A stretch of DNA of 64,000 bases from Octopus vulgaris (lineage: Eukaryota). Position numbers and translations under genes: made by a program. Positions 11,547 to 26,272 of this stretch are shown here, in pieces (position 1 is the stretch's first letter; every line of letters begins with the position of its first letter). The stretch covers positions 45,260,001 through 45,324,000 of the forward strand of contig OX597838.1 in NCBI GenBank assembly GCA_951406725.2, given 5' to 3'. The notes beneath the pieces were generated by a model. The model had not been told where the DNA came from. It saw only the letters and a list, made by a program, of their open reading frames with translations, and ran no database searches.

Positions 11547-13618
11547 CCCTAGGCAAATAAATTACACTAAATTAGATATTTTATGAAGCGATACAGTTTA
11601 GAAGACATTCTTGGAATTAATTGTTTTTTGTTTTGTTTCGATTTTTTGTTTTATGGATTCGCAGAATCGTTAAAACTTCGAACAGAATGCCATTCGATGT
11701 CACTTTTTCCCCGACTCTTTACGTTCTGAGTTCGAATTCTGATGAGATCAACTTTACCTTTCATCATTTCGGGACGGATAAAATAAAGAAGTCAAGTATT
11801 GGAGTAAATGGTATGAATTACTCTCCTTCACTCGTCAAATAGTACGCATTGTTTCTAACGCAGAAATCATTATTTATATAACATACAAAGTTAATTACTG
11901 CTGTCGTTTAACCCTTGGTAAACCTAATCGAATAATTAAATATATAAATAGGTGTTTCTAAAATTCACAATTAACTGAGGACAAAAACAGACTTTCATTA
12001 AAATCAAATCTACTCAAAGCTATACGTTCTTCGGCTCTTATCTTGAAGTATATTATTAACCATGACGACCAACATTCTTTTCCCTGTAAATATCCATCGT
12101 GTTTATTTATTTATTATTTTTTTATCTAATACTTTTGACTAATACTTTTATTGTTTCAGTAAAGACATAGAAGTTCTCAAGTTCGTGGGATATCTTGCCT
12201 ATTCCCGGAAATTGAGTCTAATCAGAGCATTGGATCAATATTGAATTACACTGGCTAGATAAACTATTGGAAGTGTCGCCACTTATTAATGATGATGATT
12301 ATTATTGTTATTATTATCATTGTTACTACTACTACTACTACTATTTGTGTTTGTCGTGTGCAGACATGTTGCAGAACTTTCCGAGAATTATGGATTACTA
12401 ACAAGTTTTACTGAACTTTTTCTCCTTTGATTATTTTACAAACAGGAAACAAAGAATTGTCATCACGCCTGCTTCAGTATTTGCGTGAGCGGAATATCGG
12501 ACTATCTATTTTAAAAAACGTTTATGTATATTTTTCTTTATAATGGAACTTGTGTTTACAATAAGTTTCAATATTACTTGTACTACTAAACGGGATCAGA
12601 GTGTAATATTAGAAAAAAAAAGCGGCACCCGTACCTCATTGCCAGTAAAAGGAAACGGGTTGTAACTCTTTACCACAGAAACGAATTTCAAAAAAGGATA
12701 AACTGAATGCAAATAAATATTCACAGCAAACTCTACTTTTAAAGGGTAAAAGTGTGATATAACAATAATACTAATGTGAACAATTCCAACGGCACTAATG
12801 GTACGCTTATACACACAGTTGCATAACGAAAGTAGTCTTGAAAGTTTTACTGTCAGCCAGAAAGGGGGAAATCTAGCTTTCGTCTTCTGGAAAAGCTACT
12901 AATAACAAACAACCTCTTGATTCTGTCCATTTTACTTGAGTAACACGTATTTAACACAACTATTTAGCCAGAAAAGTGAGCTTTTGCCTGAAATCATTTC
13001 ACAAGTTTGAGGGAAGAGAAGCAAATTTCATATTTGTGCACTTCCAAATTTTAAGGGTTTTCTTTGTGTCATCAAAAAACTATTCTAATGTAGCCCTTGG
13101 CGATATGTAAAGTATGAATACCTCCGTGGGGTGGGCAGTACATATTCAAATATATTAAATGTGTTTGAAACTGAAATCGGGGTAGGAAGTCACATAGCTG
13201 CTCAAAGCCGTCGACTCCAATATTTGAAGCAAAGAAATACACGAATAACTTTGACAGCCGCCGGGCATAGTGTTAACCCATAACTCATTGTCACGTTTTG
13301 GACACAAAATATACAAATTGTGAGTATGGGCTTCTTAAGGACATGTTTCTATGGACATCCTGGTGGCCCTCGACTGCCACAGTGCGTTTCATGAGTTGTA
13401 CCCCATTGCAGGTGAGAAAGGACAGGCTTTAATACTCGTATACAGTGTACAAGATTTAACTTTTATACATAACAAAGAGACATTTCAGAAATTCTGCAGA
13501 GAATGACTGAGAAATATGAAGGAAAGGGAACAGCACAAGCAACAACAGCAGGACACGGGTGCGCCTACTTTACTCTAAATACAGAAATGCAGAAATGATG
13601 AGCGCAATTAAGCCTTTC

Positions 13619-13679
<61 letters not shown>

Positions 13680-16600
13680 GTGAAATACGCTCTGTGAATA
13701 AAAGTGAAATACGCCCAGAACCAATCATAAACACTAAGACAGATGAGCATCAAATAGATAAAGAAAGTCACACAAATATTGACCCAACAGAACTACATGA
13801 GCTAAAAAAATCAAATCATGATTGAATGGCTGAAAATTAAAGAAACCAGCATGGATGAGCGTGATACACTCCCCAAAATCCGCAACTCTAACCAAAACAT
13901 GAAAATAATTGGTAAAATCCGGCTTGCACTTAAGGATATAATTTCAGTTAATGATGTTGATATCACAAACCTCAACCACCTATACTATGCATCCGCGAAA
14001 ATCTCAACGATCCTATGTGGTGTAAAGATTAGAAAACGGCAACATTCCCACAAAAAGCCTTCTTGGCAAGAGCGTCTGCAACAACAAATTAAAATATTTA
14101 GATCTGACATTGAATATTTGAAAAACCTTAAGGCTCACAAGACAACCAAACCTACAAAAACCCAAAAATTACTGAAAAAATACAATATGAAAACTATACT
14201 TGATATTGATGCCACCATAGAAACCATCAAACAAAAGGTATCTGCCAAAGCTGCCCACATAGCAAGGTATGAAAAGCGTGTTAGATTTTTCAAGGACAAC
14301 AACATGTTCAAAGATAACACCAAGAATTTTTACAGGAAGATAGGAAAAACAGCGTTTACTACAGGGTCTGTACCATCAAAAGAAGAAGTGCAGAGATTTT
14401 GGAATAAAATCTGGGCAGAAGAAAAAACACACAACGAAAAGGCCCCCTGGATTGACAGATTATCTACAGAACTGGACCCCTTAGAAGAGCAAAAGTGGGA
14501 GGGTGTCAAGGTAGAAGATATAAGATCTGCTCTCAGGAGGTCAAGCAAATGGAAGTCTCCAGGAAAGGATAAAATTCCTAACTTCTGGCTGAATGCCTTC
14601 CCAGAGAGCCATGAACTGCTAACAGAACTGTACAATGATGTTTTGCAACACCCTAGTAGGATGCCTCCTTGGCTAGTTAATGGGTTAACATTCCTGCTTC
14701 CAAAAAGTGAAGAAACAAATGAACCAAAAAACTATAGACCCATAACCTGCTTAACAACTATGTACAAAACACTAACATCTGTCCTGACGGAATATACCTA
14801 TAGTTTTTTAACAGACAGCAGCATATTCCCTAATGAACAGAAAGGATGTAAACGTGGATCCTACGGCTGTAAAGACCAACTACTCATCAATAAGATGATC
14901 TTAGAAGATTGTCACAAACGACACAAAAACTTATCAATAGCCTGGATAGACTATAAAAAGGCTTTTTGATAGCCTACCACATAGCTGGATTAGGAAATGC
15001 CTTGAAATGTATAAGATAGCACCAACTCTGCGAAACTTCTTGACTGTAAGTATGAGATCTTGGAGAACCACACTAACTCTGAACAGTGACAGTGAATCCC
15101 TAAATGCTGGTGATGTAAAAATTTCGTGTAGCATTTTCCAGGGTGACTCACTGTCACCACTCCTCTTTTGTTTATCCTTAATACCTCTCTCAAAGCTGCT
15201 CAATGACGCGCAGTACGGGTATAAAATGTTTGATAAAAATATAAATCATCTCGTTTACATGGATGATTTAAAGCTTTTTGCAAAAAATGATCAACAACTC
15301 AAGGGCTTACTAGCGATAGTCAAACAATTCAGTGACGACATCAGAATGCAATTCGGCCTCGATAAATGTGCAAAGGCTACCTTTATCAAAGGAAAAATGA
15401 CAGAAACATCTAACGTTAACCTTGACCAACAGAATGTCATAAAAGAACTAGACCCAGCGGAGAGCTACAAGTACATAGGAGTAATTGAAGGGAACGGAAT
15501 AAGGCATTTAGAGATGAAGGAAAGGATCAGGAGAGAATGCTATCGAAGAGTGAGAGCAATACTCAAGACAGAGCTGAATGCAAGAAACAGGATCGAAGCA
15601 ATCAATGCATTAGCTATACCAGTCGTGACTTACAGTTTCAATATTGTTAACTGGTCAATTACTGAAATATGTCAGCTCGACAGAAAAATAAGGAAACTGT
15701 TGACAATGCATAGAATGCACCACCCTAAGGCAGATACAGAACGACTCTATCTGCCAAGAAAAGAGGAAGGCCGTGGTCTTTTGCAACTGGCAATAACAAT
15801 GAAGATTGCTACAATTGGCCTAGACACCTACCTGAAAAACTCTGAGGACTGGATGTTAAAACTTGTCTCAAAACATGAAAACAAAAAAGCATCATACTCA
15901 GTCACAAAACAGGCAAAGGAATATCTAAGTGAATTCCGAATACAACCAATTTCGGAATTAGAGATAGATATACAAGAAACAAGCACAGAAAAAGCTAGGC
16001 GCATGAAAACCCGTGCCAAAACTGCGGCCTTAGATATTCTGAATAATAAATGGCAAGAAAAACCTCTCTATGGCAAATACCCAAAGAGAGCGAATAATGC
16101 AGATATCGACAAAGCCCTGACCCATCAATGGCTAATGGCCTCTGGCTTAAAATCTGAAACAGAGGGGTTTATCATAGCAGCTCAAGATCAATGCCTACCA
16201 ACAAGAAACTACCAGGCCAACATATTAAAGATCAGAAGCAGTCCAACGTGTCGTGTATGCAAGCAACAAAATGAAACCATTGACCATGTGGTCTCCAAGT
16301 GCAGTCTTCTAGCGCCTACAGAGTATCACAACAGGCACGATAGAGCTGCACAATATATTCACTGGGTAATCTGTAAAAACCTGGATTTGCCCCATGAAAA
16401 AAACTGGTGGGAACACAAACCACCCCCAGTGCTTGAAAATGACCACATCTCACTCCTCTGGAACTTCACCATTCAAACTGACAGGAAGATAGATGCAAAT
16501 AGGCCAGACATCATATTGAAAGACTTCAAACAAAGAACATGCCTCCTCATTGATATGACTGTCCCAATCGATATAAACGTATCTGTCAAGACCTACCAAA

Positions 16601-17040
16601 AACTGAGCAAATATAAAGATCTTGAAATAGAAATCAGCAAAATGTGGAAGCTGAAGACTAAAACAATACCTGTTGTCATAGGTGCCCTGGGAATGATAGC
16701 AAAAGGGGCTGATAGCTACCTAACTCAGATACCAGGAAACCCAAAAATGGCAGAAGTTCAAAAGATAGTGCTCATGGGAACTGCTCATATCCTACGCAAA
16801 ATACTCTCTATGTAATCTCAAGGTTTAAAACAAACATAATTTTCGGTTTAAAAAAAAAAAAAGGAAAAAAAAGAAAACTTTTTTTTTAGACATTCATTAG
16901 TACAACATCCCCACCCCCCAAATATATGGCACACTAGGCATAACAACAACATGAACTTCCAACCCTGTTGTCTCTTGAGGTCTCTGGGTGAGACTTGGAG
17001 CCAACTTGTACAAATATAAAGCAAAAGTCAAACATAGAAT
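13680..17040 (+). mobile_element. Dong/R4-clade non-LTR retrotransposon (RT + CCHC + restriction-like endonuclease), 5'-truncated, in (TAA)n
   Basis: WKSPGKD, NYRPITCL, IDYKKAF(D), FQGDSLSP, YMDDLKLFA, CRVC..ETIDHVVSKC, RHD, RPDIIL..LIDMTVP..K..KY. A 1-nt frameshift in a T run near 14965 splits ORFs 13818-14969 and 15007-16815. (TAA)n on both flanks. Confidence 0.92.
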
Positions 17041-17059
17041 AATAATAATAATAATACTG

Positions 17060-17191
<132 letters not shown>

Positions 17192-17230
17192 TTAATACTG
17201 ATAATAATAATAATAATAATAATAATAATA

Positions 17231-17675
17231 TTCTGCTCAATACCACAGATTTGCTTGTCAGTTGTTTGACCTTAACCAGTTGAGCATGTCCCTTAGTGGC
17301 TGACGATATGTGCATCACTGATCACGAGCAGAAGTAGTGGGGGAGCATCATAGCCATGTGTTGAGAAGGATTCTTTGGGGTTTGAATAATTCACCTCTGG
17401 AAACATGGGTGTTTCGTTCAACGTCCTTAAACAACCTTTATTCAGGGACCTTTTGAGCGGGATGGGTTACTCGATCTGAAGAAAATTCTAACTGGGCTCC
17501 ACCTGCAAGGTCATGTGCTGTTTATCTTGATATGAGATCACCATGTCGCGCACATATGGTTGTGATGCATGTGCCTGGTGTACCCTTATCAGACGGGTAG
17601 TCATGATGGGTATACTGGGCTTCGTATATTTTACCCCAGTGTCACTTTGATGGCATGCTCTGCTCGCTCACTCAA
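17231..17675 (+). mobile_element. Non-coding retroposed element embedded in (TAA)n, copy 1
   Basis: Near-identical to 17812-18155; ends CTCACTC-(AAT)n; (TAA)n on both sides. Confidence 0.75.
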
Positions 17676-17716
17676 TAATAATAATAATAATAATAATATT
17701 GATAATAATAATACTG

Positions 17717-17811
<95 letters not shown>

Positions 17812-17815
<4 letters not shown>

Positions 17816-18152
17816 GTGGGGGAGCATCATAGCCATGTGTTGAGAGGGATTCTTTGGGGTTTGAATAATTCACTTCTGGAAACATGGGTGGTTCTTTCAA
17901 CATCCTTAAACAACCCTTATTCAGGGACCTTTTGAGCGGGATGGGCTACTCAACCTGAAGAAAATTCTAACTGGGCCCCACCTGCAAGTTCATGTGCTGT
18001 TTATCTTGATATGAGATCACCATGTCGCGCACATATGGTTGTGATGCATGTGCCTGGTGTACCCTAATCAGACGGGTAGTCATGATGGGTATATTGGGCT
18101 TCGTATATTTTACCCCAGTGTCACTTTGATGGCATGAACTGCTCTCTCACTC

Positions 18153-18155
<3 letters not shown>
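17812..18155 (+). mobile_element. Same element, copy 2, more 5'-truncated
   Basis: Starts at AGTGGGGGAGCATCATAGCC; same 3' end followed by (AAT)n. Confidence 0.75.
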
Positions 18156-18210
<55 letters not shown>

Positions 18211-18224
18211 GAACAATAATAATA

Positions 18225-18269
<45 letters not shown>

Positions 18270-19752
18270 GATTATTATTTATTATTTATTATTATTTATT
18301 ATTTATTATTATTTATTGTTGTTATTTTAACTTTAGCACAAGATCAACAATTTTGAAGGGCGGGGAAGTCATGGAGAAGCTGAACAGAGATGAAGGAAGA
18401 TATGCAAAAGATTTTGAGATATGCAAGACTGGAAGTTGAAATAAAATTGCTCTCAATTGCCGCTCATGCTCAAAATACTTCTCACAGAAACCTGTTTTGA
18501 AGTAAAATATAACAAATAACTATAGACAAGGAATAAACAGCTAACTGCACTGCCTCATGTTGCACATTCTTAACTATGAAAGAATACATCTTCAGACATG
18601 ACACAGAGTGCAAATTGTTCCAGTGTTATAAAATCCTAAAGGAAAATAGAAGGTATAGACATACACTAGAAAAGGGCTCCGAGAATAACAAAGTGTCCAC
18701 ATTCTGGGATATGTCAATCTCTCATAATAAAACATAAACCCTAAAACTGTTGTCTCCCTTAAAGAAGAATATTCACCCTCCCTTTATCTTCCAGTAATCT
18801 CTCTCCCTTTCTCTTGTAAGCAACTATAAGCAGCAGCAGCAAAAATTCACAGTCAAAATACCTGCATCAGTATAAATAGATTTGAGGACGGCGAGTTGGT
18901 AAAATCGTTGACTTTCCTGGCAAATTGCTTAGTAGCATTTCGTCCGTCATCACGTTCTAAATTCGAATTCTGCCGAAATCGACTTTCCCTTTCATCCTCT
19001 CGGGGTCGATAAAAATCGAGATACCAGTTCCGGTATCTGATAATGTATCCCTAATAAAATGGAGAAATTAAGCAAATATAAGTATTTGAGAATAGATATA
19101 ACACAATAGATATAACTCTCTGTAAACAAGAGAGAATAATTCTTTAATAATAAGCGTCATGGTTAACGGTTAAAGAGAATGCAAACAAATTAATATACAT
19201 GTAACTCAGAATGAGACAGTGGGTACGGCTGTTTGGACGCTGACAAACTGCAACAACTGACTGGACTATCTGCCTGTTTAGATGGAAATACATTTTGGAC
19301 CTGGAGGCAAGAGCACTTTAAGACGGACAGCATTACATACATTCAGATAGAAAGAATGAGAGGGGGGGGGGAGAAAGCAATTAAAATTTATTTACTGGAC
19401 ATAATTAAGACGAACATTTTGGTTCTCCTCATACATATAAAAGAATATGCGTGAATATGTTGACACACAAAAGCAGAGAGAGTCAAGGAGAGAGTGGAAA
19501 TGGACGGGGAGAGAACGAGAGTAATATTAAACGTCTAATGTCAAACAGGTCAGCGTCGAATCAGCGATGATAAAACTACAATGTGAAAACGTCTCATTCA
19601 CAGCCGTAAAAAAAGAAATTACAGAAAACAGCACATCTGGGCAGTTTATATATGAAAACTTTGATACACAAACAGTAGGATAATCCACACAAAAACGGAA
19701 AGCATTGGTAGCGTAGCGCATCGAGAGCTCGCAATTAAACTACGACGACATT

Positions 19753-19787
<35 letters not shown>

Positions 19788-20377
19788 ACCCACCACTACA
19801 ACCGCGATGACGAGGGCGATGTCGAACACTAAGATGATATTGATAATAAAGATAAATTGGAAGGAGGCGGTGAAAAAAAAATAATTTCAACCAGTTTTTC
19901 TGTGACGCATTTCTCCGCTTATTGATCAGTGTTTACCTTTCAGCTACAACAACAACAACAACAGGAAAAAACAAAAGCTGGAATAAGAACGGGCAGCAGA
20001 AACAGGAACGGTGGCAGCAGATATCGATCCATACGATCGGTAGATGATGAAACGATCAATTATAGAATAACGAAGGAAAATTATTATTGATCATATATAT
20101 ATATATGTATATATATATGTATATATGTATATATGTACATATGTATGTATAATTATGTATATGCGTATGTATGTGTATGTGCTTATACATAGACATATCT
20201 CGATGTGTGTTTGTGTTTGTGGGTGTGAGCGTGCGTTTGTGCATGTGTGTGTTTGTGTGTGTATGTGTGCATGCGCGTGTATGTGCGTGTGTATGTGCGT
20301 GTATACGTATGTGTGCGTGTGTGTATGTGTGCGAGCGTGTGTGTATGTGTGCGTACGTTTGTGTGCGTGTGTATGTG

Positions 20378-20419
<42 letters not shown>

Positions 20420-21157
20420 TGTGTGTTTGTGTGTGTGTTTGTGTGGTGGGGGCGCGTGCGTGTGTGCGTGCAGCTAATCAAATTTCGATTTACAGATATA
20501 TCTCTCTGTGAATTCCAAACTAAATTATATTTTTTAAATAACCCATTCTGCTAACTTTCCTAACACAAAACTAAGAACTCGTAATCTATTCCTAAGTATA
20601 TTACCGATATATTGAATTTGCAAAGATAATTGGTTAATTCGTTAATATGGTAAAAGTTTTAGTGTTGTTGTTATTGTTTGGTTACTTGTTTTATTGTCAG
20701 ATTGTGGCGGGGGGAAGGGGGGTATGTTTGTGTATGTCTATGTGACAGTGTGCGCATGCGCTTGTCCTATGGCATAACTATGAATATATACATGTATACA
20801 TGTCGACGTGTGTTTTACATATATATATATATATAATTAAATAAGGGTAGAAACCGATATTAATCAATTAAAACCAGTGGCCTAGCATATTTTTAAAAAA
20901 TCCGAAGATTAAACATTTTATACATACAAAATTTAGAAGAATGACCATTAATAGTGGACAGTCTGTATGCTAGAAATAGACGTCAAACTCGCCATTTACC
21001 ACGAAGAATGTGTTCTAAAAAAAATAAAGAAATAAAGGAAAACAAATTCTGCAAGATCGTCAGCATAGTCTTTCACTTACGAAATACAATTTCTAGAACT
21101 AGATACAGGGCACTCGACCGAAATCCAGCATGTATATGGATATATATGGATATATAT

Positions 21158-21705
<548 letters not shown>

Positions 21706-21921
21706 ACTAATGTAGGATAATTTTGTTTTTCGAAAATCAATTTTAGCAATGGCCAGGATATCAAAAAATACCTTTTAAAGTTAAATTTATAAATAACTTA
21801 TAAAATAAGGCCAAAAGAAAAATTCTAATGCCAAATATGCCGAAAAAAGACAAAATTGTCAATAACCATAATAATTAATGCGTCTCGAAACAAGCCGATA
21901 GAAATTTCTAAAAATCCGTTA

Positions 21922-21982
21922 TTACCGTATTGGTCCCAATTTCAGAGTTAATTCATAAGAATTTTCTCCTCGTCAGCGATAA
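21922..21982 (-). ncRNA. Type I hammerhead ribozyme
   Basis: TTATCG-CTGACGA-GGAG-(aaaattcttatgaattaa)-CTCT-GAAA-TTGG-ga-CCAA-TA-CGGTAA: all three stems pair; AUA site. Confidence 0.8.
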
Positions 21983-22153
21983 ATACGTAAGACATAAATG
22001 AAATACTTACTCATACCCATGGAAAAAGCAAGCAGTAAGTCCTGGACTTAGTATCAGTTCTGCTGTGGTGCACAGGTCTTCTTGAGTTTTCTGGACTTAG
22101 TGCTTGCTTTTTTCATGGGTATGAGTAAGTATTTCATTTATGTCTTACGTATA

Positions 22154-22212
22154 TACTGCTGACGAGGAGAAAATTCTTATGAATTAACTCTGAAACTGGG
22201 ACCAATACGGTA
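22154..22212 (+). ncRNA. Type I hammerhead ribozyme (mirror copy)
   Basis: TACTG-CTGACGA-GGAG...CTCT-GAAA-CTGG-ga-CCAA-TA-CGGTA; one stem III mismatch. Confidence 0.7.
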
Positions 22213-22793
22213 ATAATGGATGTTTTAGAAATTTCTATCGGCTTGTTTCAAGACGCATTAATTATAATGGTTATTGACAATTTTGTCTTTTTTTCAGCAT
22301 ATTTGGCATTAGAATGTTCCTTTTGCCCTTATTTTATAAGTTATATATATATATATGAAGACATTTGAAAGATACACATGGATATAATTTGTAGAACTTT
22401 ATACATGCTGGATTTCGGTTGAGCGTTCTGTATCTAGTTCTGGAAATTGTGTTTTGTAAACGACTGACTATGCTGATGATTTTCCAGATGTTCGCGTGTC
22501 CATATACGTAAATATTAACAAGTGAAATTAATGGTATATAGGTAATCGTTTTTTATTTCATATATTTTCATTTGTCTTGCTTATTTTTACACTTCGGTTT
22601 TTTGCTGAGTTTTTTCTTGAGAATATATTCTTCGTGGAAAATGGCGATTTGACGTCTATATCTAGCATATAGGCTTTCCACTTTTAGTGCTCAATCCTCT
22701 CAATTTTTTTATATAAAACAAATTTTAATCTTCGGAATTTTGAAATATGCTAGGCCACTGGTTTTAATTGATTAATATCAATTTCTACCCTCA

Positions 22794-22853
<60 letters not shown>

Positions 22854-22895
22854 CAAGATTTATTGGCTAAACTGGCGAAATGACCATTCCTAAAT

Positions 22896-22947
<52 letters not shown>

Positions 22948-23008
22948 GATTATATATGCACAGATACATATACACATATACATATGCATATACATATACA
23001 TATATGCT

Positions 23009-23053
<45 letters not shown>

Positions 23054-23310
23054 TATTTTGAAATAGTTATTCTCGAAGCATATAAGGCTATAAATAACGC
23101 CGTGTAAATATTGTGTTAAAAACCTTTAGAGTTAGAAAGGTTCATGTATAGAATCTAAAATAGCCAAGTGTACGTCTTATATTTAATACATATAAATTAT
23201 TGAAAGCATGCTAAGCTGCGATATTTGTTTCGCGATAGCAGCTCTTTTAGACATGTGTTTTAAAAAAAACACCAGAATTATATCAGCAACAGACTAAAAT
23301 CACTGTTCAC

Positions 23311-23668
23311 TTCTATATTTAAGAGATGAGGAATTATGTATATTATTAACACAGTACATTATTTATTACGGAGATGTACTTGTATAGCAAGTGATTTGGT
23401 CTGAGATCGTGTGCTGAAACGAAAACAATTGCAGCGTGGAAGGTGTTTGTAAGCCATTTAAGAAACACACAAAAGCCGTCCGATTCACTTCAACATTTAA
23501 GTTTAATTTGTCAAGATTCCGAGTTCAATTCCAGGCATTGACCTGAATAGTAATAATAATAGTTATAATGATAGCATCGAAAAAAACCTTTAGGAATGAG
23601 AACCTGAAGAAGGCTGTTAACAAGATGAGGACAAATATCAGTCGAATAAATGTAAATAATGTAAAATC
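23311..23668. mobile_element. Rearranged, deleted copy of the tRNA-head/(TAA)n/HHR-tail element (see 34311-34600)
   Basis: 23518-23668(+): GAGTTCAATTCCAGGCATTGACCTGAA-(TAA)n-...CCTTAGGAATGAGAACCTGAAGAAGGCTG...AACAAGATGAGGACAA. 23311-23340 matches 34312-34341. Confidence 0.7.
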
Positions 23669-23695
23669 ACTGTTATTTTCTTTTCACAGCGGTGT

Positions 23696-23738
<43 letters not shown>

Positions 23739-23928
23739 CTTCCTGTTCGTCGGGCAGTTTTGTTAAAAGGGAACAGAAATAACGATATAATAAAAACTAG
23801 TTACGAGATACACCTTTAAAAATGGATAAGTTTCATTTGTGAAACTCTGAGTAACAGTTTTTGTTATATTTCAGCTGCTTTTAGTACTCTTCTTTCCACT
23901 TTGTTTCACATTTATACACTTACTCCGG

Positions 23929-23968
<40 letters not shown>

Positions 23969-25084
23969 TAATATAAAATCGATAGGTAATTAATTGTTAT
24001 TTATTAATTAAAAAATTGACAAACATCCCTTACAGCTGTTTCATTTCAAGACCTTCAGAAAATTGATTAATAAAATAAAAAATTATATGAAAGTGGAATC
24101 GTGTCAGAAGTTGTTTCAGATATACAAAATAGGTGTTCAATTCCTGCAGGTTGAGTAAACGGCTGCAAACCGTTAACTGATAAAATTTATACAGAAAGAA
24201 CATAGTATAAAAGATGGGGAGGAAAGGGGAGGAAGGTTGCGTGAAAATGTCATAGTGTGATATTGCGTCCATTCGTATTAAACCAATAGAAAATTAGTAT
24301 GTAGAGTTTAATTCAAGTGTGTATAGTTATATATTTAATTAAGGCGAAGACCGTCCAGGCAAGCTATTACTTAGAAATATCGACAGGGTTAAAAGAAATA
24401 AGATATATTAACTTAATGCTAGAGTACATAAAAATCACAAAATAAAAACAAGAATAAAGTAAAATAAATAGAACAAAATACAGCAAAAAATTTAAAATAG
24501 ATAGAACAAAATAAATTAAAATTTACAAAATATTACCTTTCACCCCATAAAAAATTTATTATCGAGTTAGACTAATAAAGATAAGGAACTATTGGACAAA
24601 AATTTAACAATTTCAGATATGCAGCGATCTCATGGTAAGATACAGGATATCTCGGATAAAGAGATATAGTATTTAACATAAACAAATAAATAAGAATTAA
24701 AGTGAATAAATATCTGCTAATAAAAGTGATTATAAGGGCAAAGTATGGGTCAATTCAACAAATTAAATTAAAACGTATTAATAAGATTATTTAAAGAATT
24801 AAATATAATGCCTTCAAAACTGGAAGTAGGTATTAATATAGATGTAGAGAGCTAAATAACCGCTGGGAATAATCTAAAATAGGGACATACCAAAGCGAAA
24901 CCAGGTAGAAATAAATATGTATTATTTACAGTGAGTTAGAAAATAGCTAATGAAAAACTAAGAACAATCTAAATTAGGGACATACACAAAATGAGACCCG
25001 GTAAAGGTAAACATATATATTTTAGGGTGAATTAGAAAACAGCTAAAATGTGAGGTTCTTATAGTATAAATATATATATATTAA

Positions 25085-25660
25085 TATATACGAGCAAAAC
25101 GCCCCCGCCCGTCCAATGGACGCTGCTGAGTTGTCTAACGTTTAAACCATATTTTCTCAAAACAACTCGTTCGACCGTCCCATATGCCTCCCCTTTGAGA
25201 AACAATGATTTAACCTAAATTTGAGACACCAGCAAAAGAAGAAATAACGATAGGCTTTTTTTCTGTTCCAAAGAAAAACGATTTTATCTAAAAAAAAAAA
25301 AAAACTTCTTCAGAAACCAAATAGTCTTTCCTTCTTTCATGCCAAGTTTGAAGAAAATATCTCTTTTGCATCTTACTTCTTTGATCTCTTTAATATACTG
25401 CATTTTGTGGCATTTCAAGCGAGTTAGATTTTTTTTTGCACAAACTGCATGTGCATTTTTCTCGCATCCGCGTAGTATTGATCACAGCAGCTGATGTACT
25501 TGCGCGTACAAATGCACGTTCCCACAGATTTATCGATCGCATTCTCACCTGGAATCGATTTTTGTAGATTTATCTACATATCGAATTTCAGCGCAATCGG
25601 ATGGAAGATGCCCGAGATCCTAGAAGACACAGACACAGACAGACAGAAGGGATTTTATAT
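25085..25660. mobile_element. Possible non-autonomous Helitron/Helentron-like repeat
   Basis: GC-rich start (ACGAGCAAAACGCCCCCGCCCGTCC) and an end of (ACAG)n followed by GATTTTATATATA between AT runs. Resemblance only; single copy in the window. Confidence 0.3.
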
Positions 25661-25663
25661 ATA

Positions 25664-25715
<52 letters not shown>

Positions 25716-25755
25716 CATACGTATATATATACATATATGTATACATATACGTATG

Positions 25756-25822
<67 letters not shown>

Positions 25823-26272
25823 GTATATATATGCATGTATGTATGTATTTATGTAGGTATATATATGTGTGTGTGTGTCCGTGTGTATGCATGCACACAC
25901 GCATAGATATCCATGCACTCACACACTTGATACACCCGCGCCGGCCATGTTTCTGCCTGCTTCCCCTGCCAGACACCAAAACACCCCCAGCTTCCCGCCT
26001 TTTCACGCAGTCAGAGAAATTCTCCTTCCTAATGCATCTGGTGTCGCTGAAATGCCTTTTTCACTTCTAACAACATTATGTAATTCGTTTCGACTAAAAA
26101 GCATCCCAATTGTCTATAGCCATACTGACTTACTGTATTTCTTCATTCGAGTGTCAGAACCGGACCGATTCTGTAAGAAACCCACGAAACTTCAAGTCTC
26201 ATGGTACCGAATCAAACTGCTTTAATAATAATAATAATAATAATAATTATGATGATGATGATGATGATGATT

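Noticed and set aside
12160-12500. Candidate small exons after TTTCAG / AAACAG acceptors
   Set aside because: Short frames with no recognisable homology; such splice-like motifs are expected by chance.
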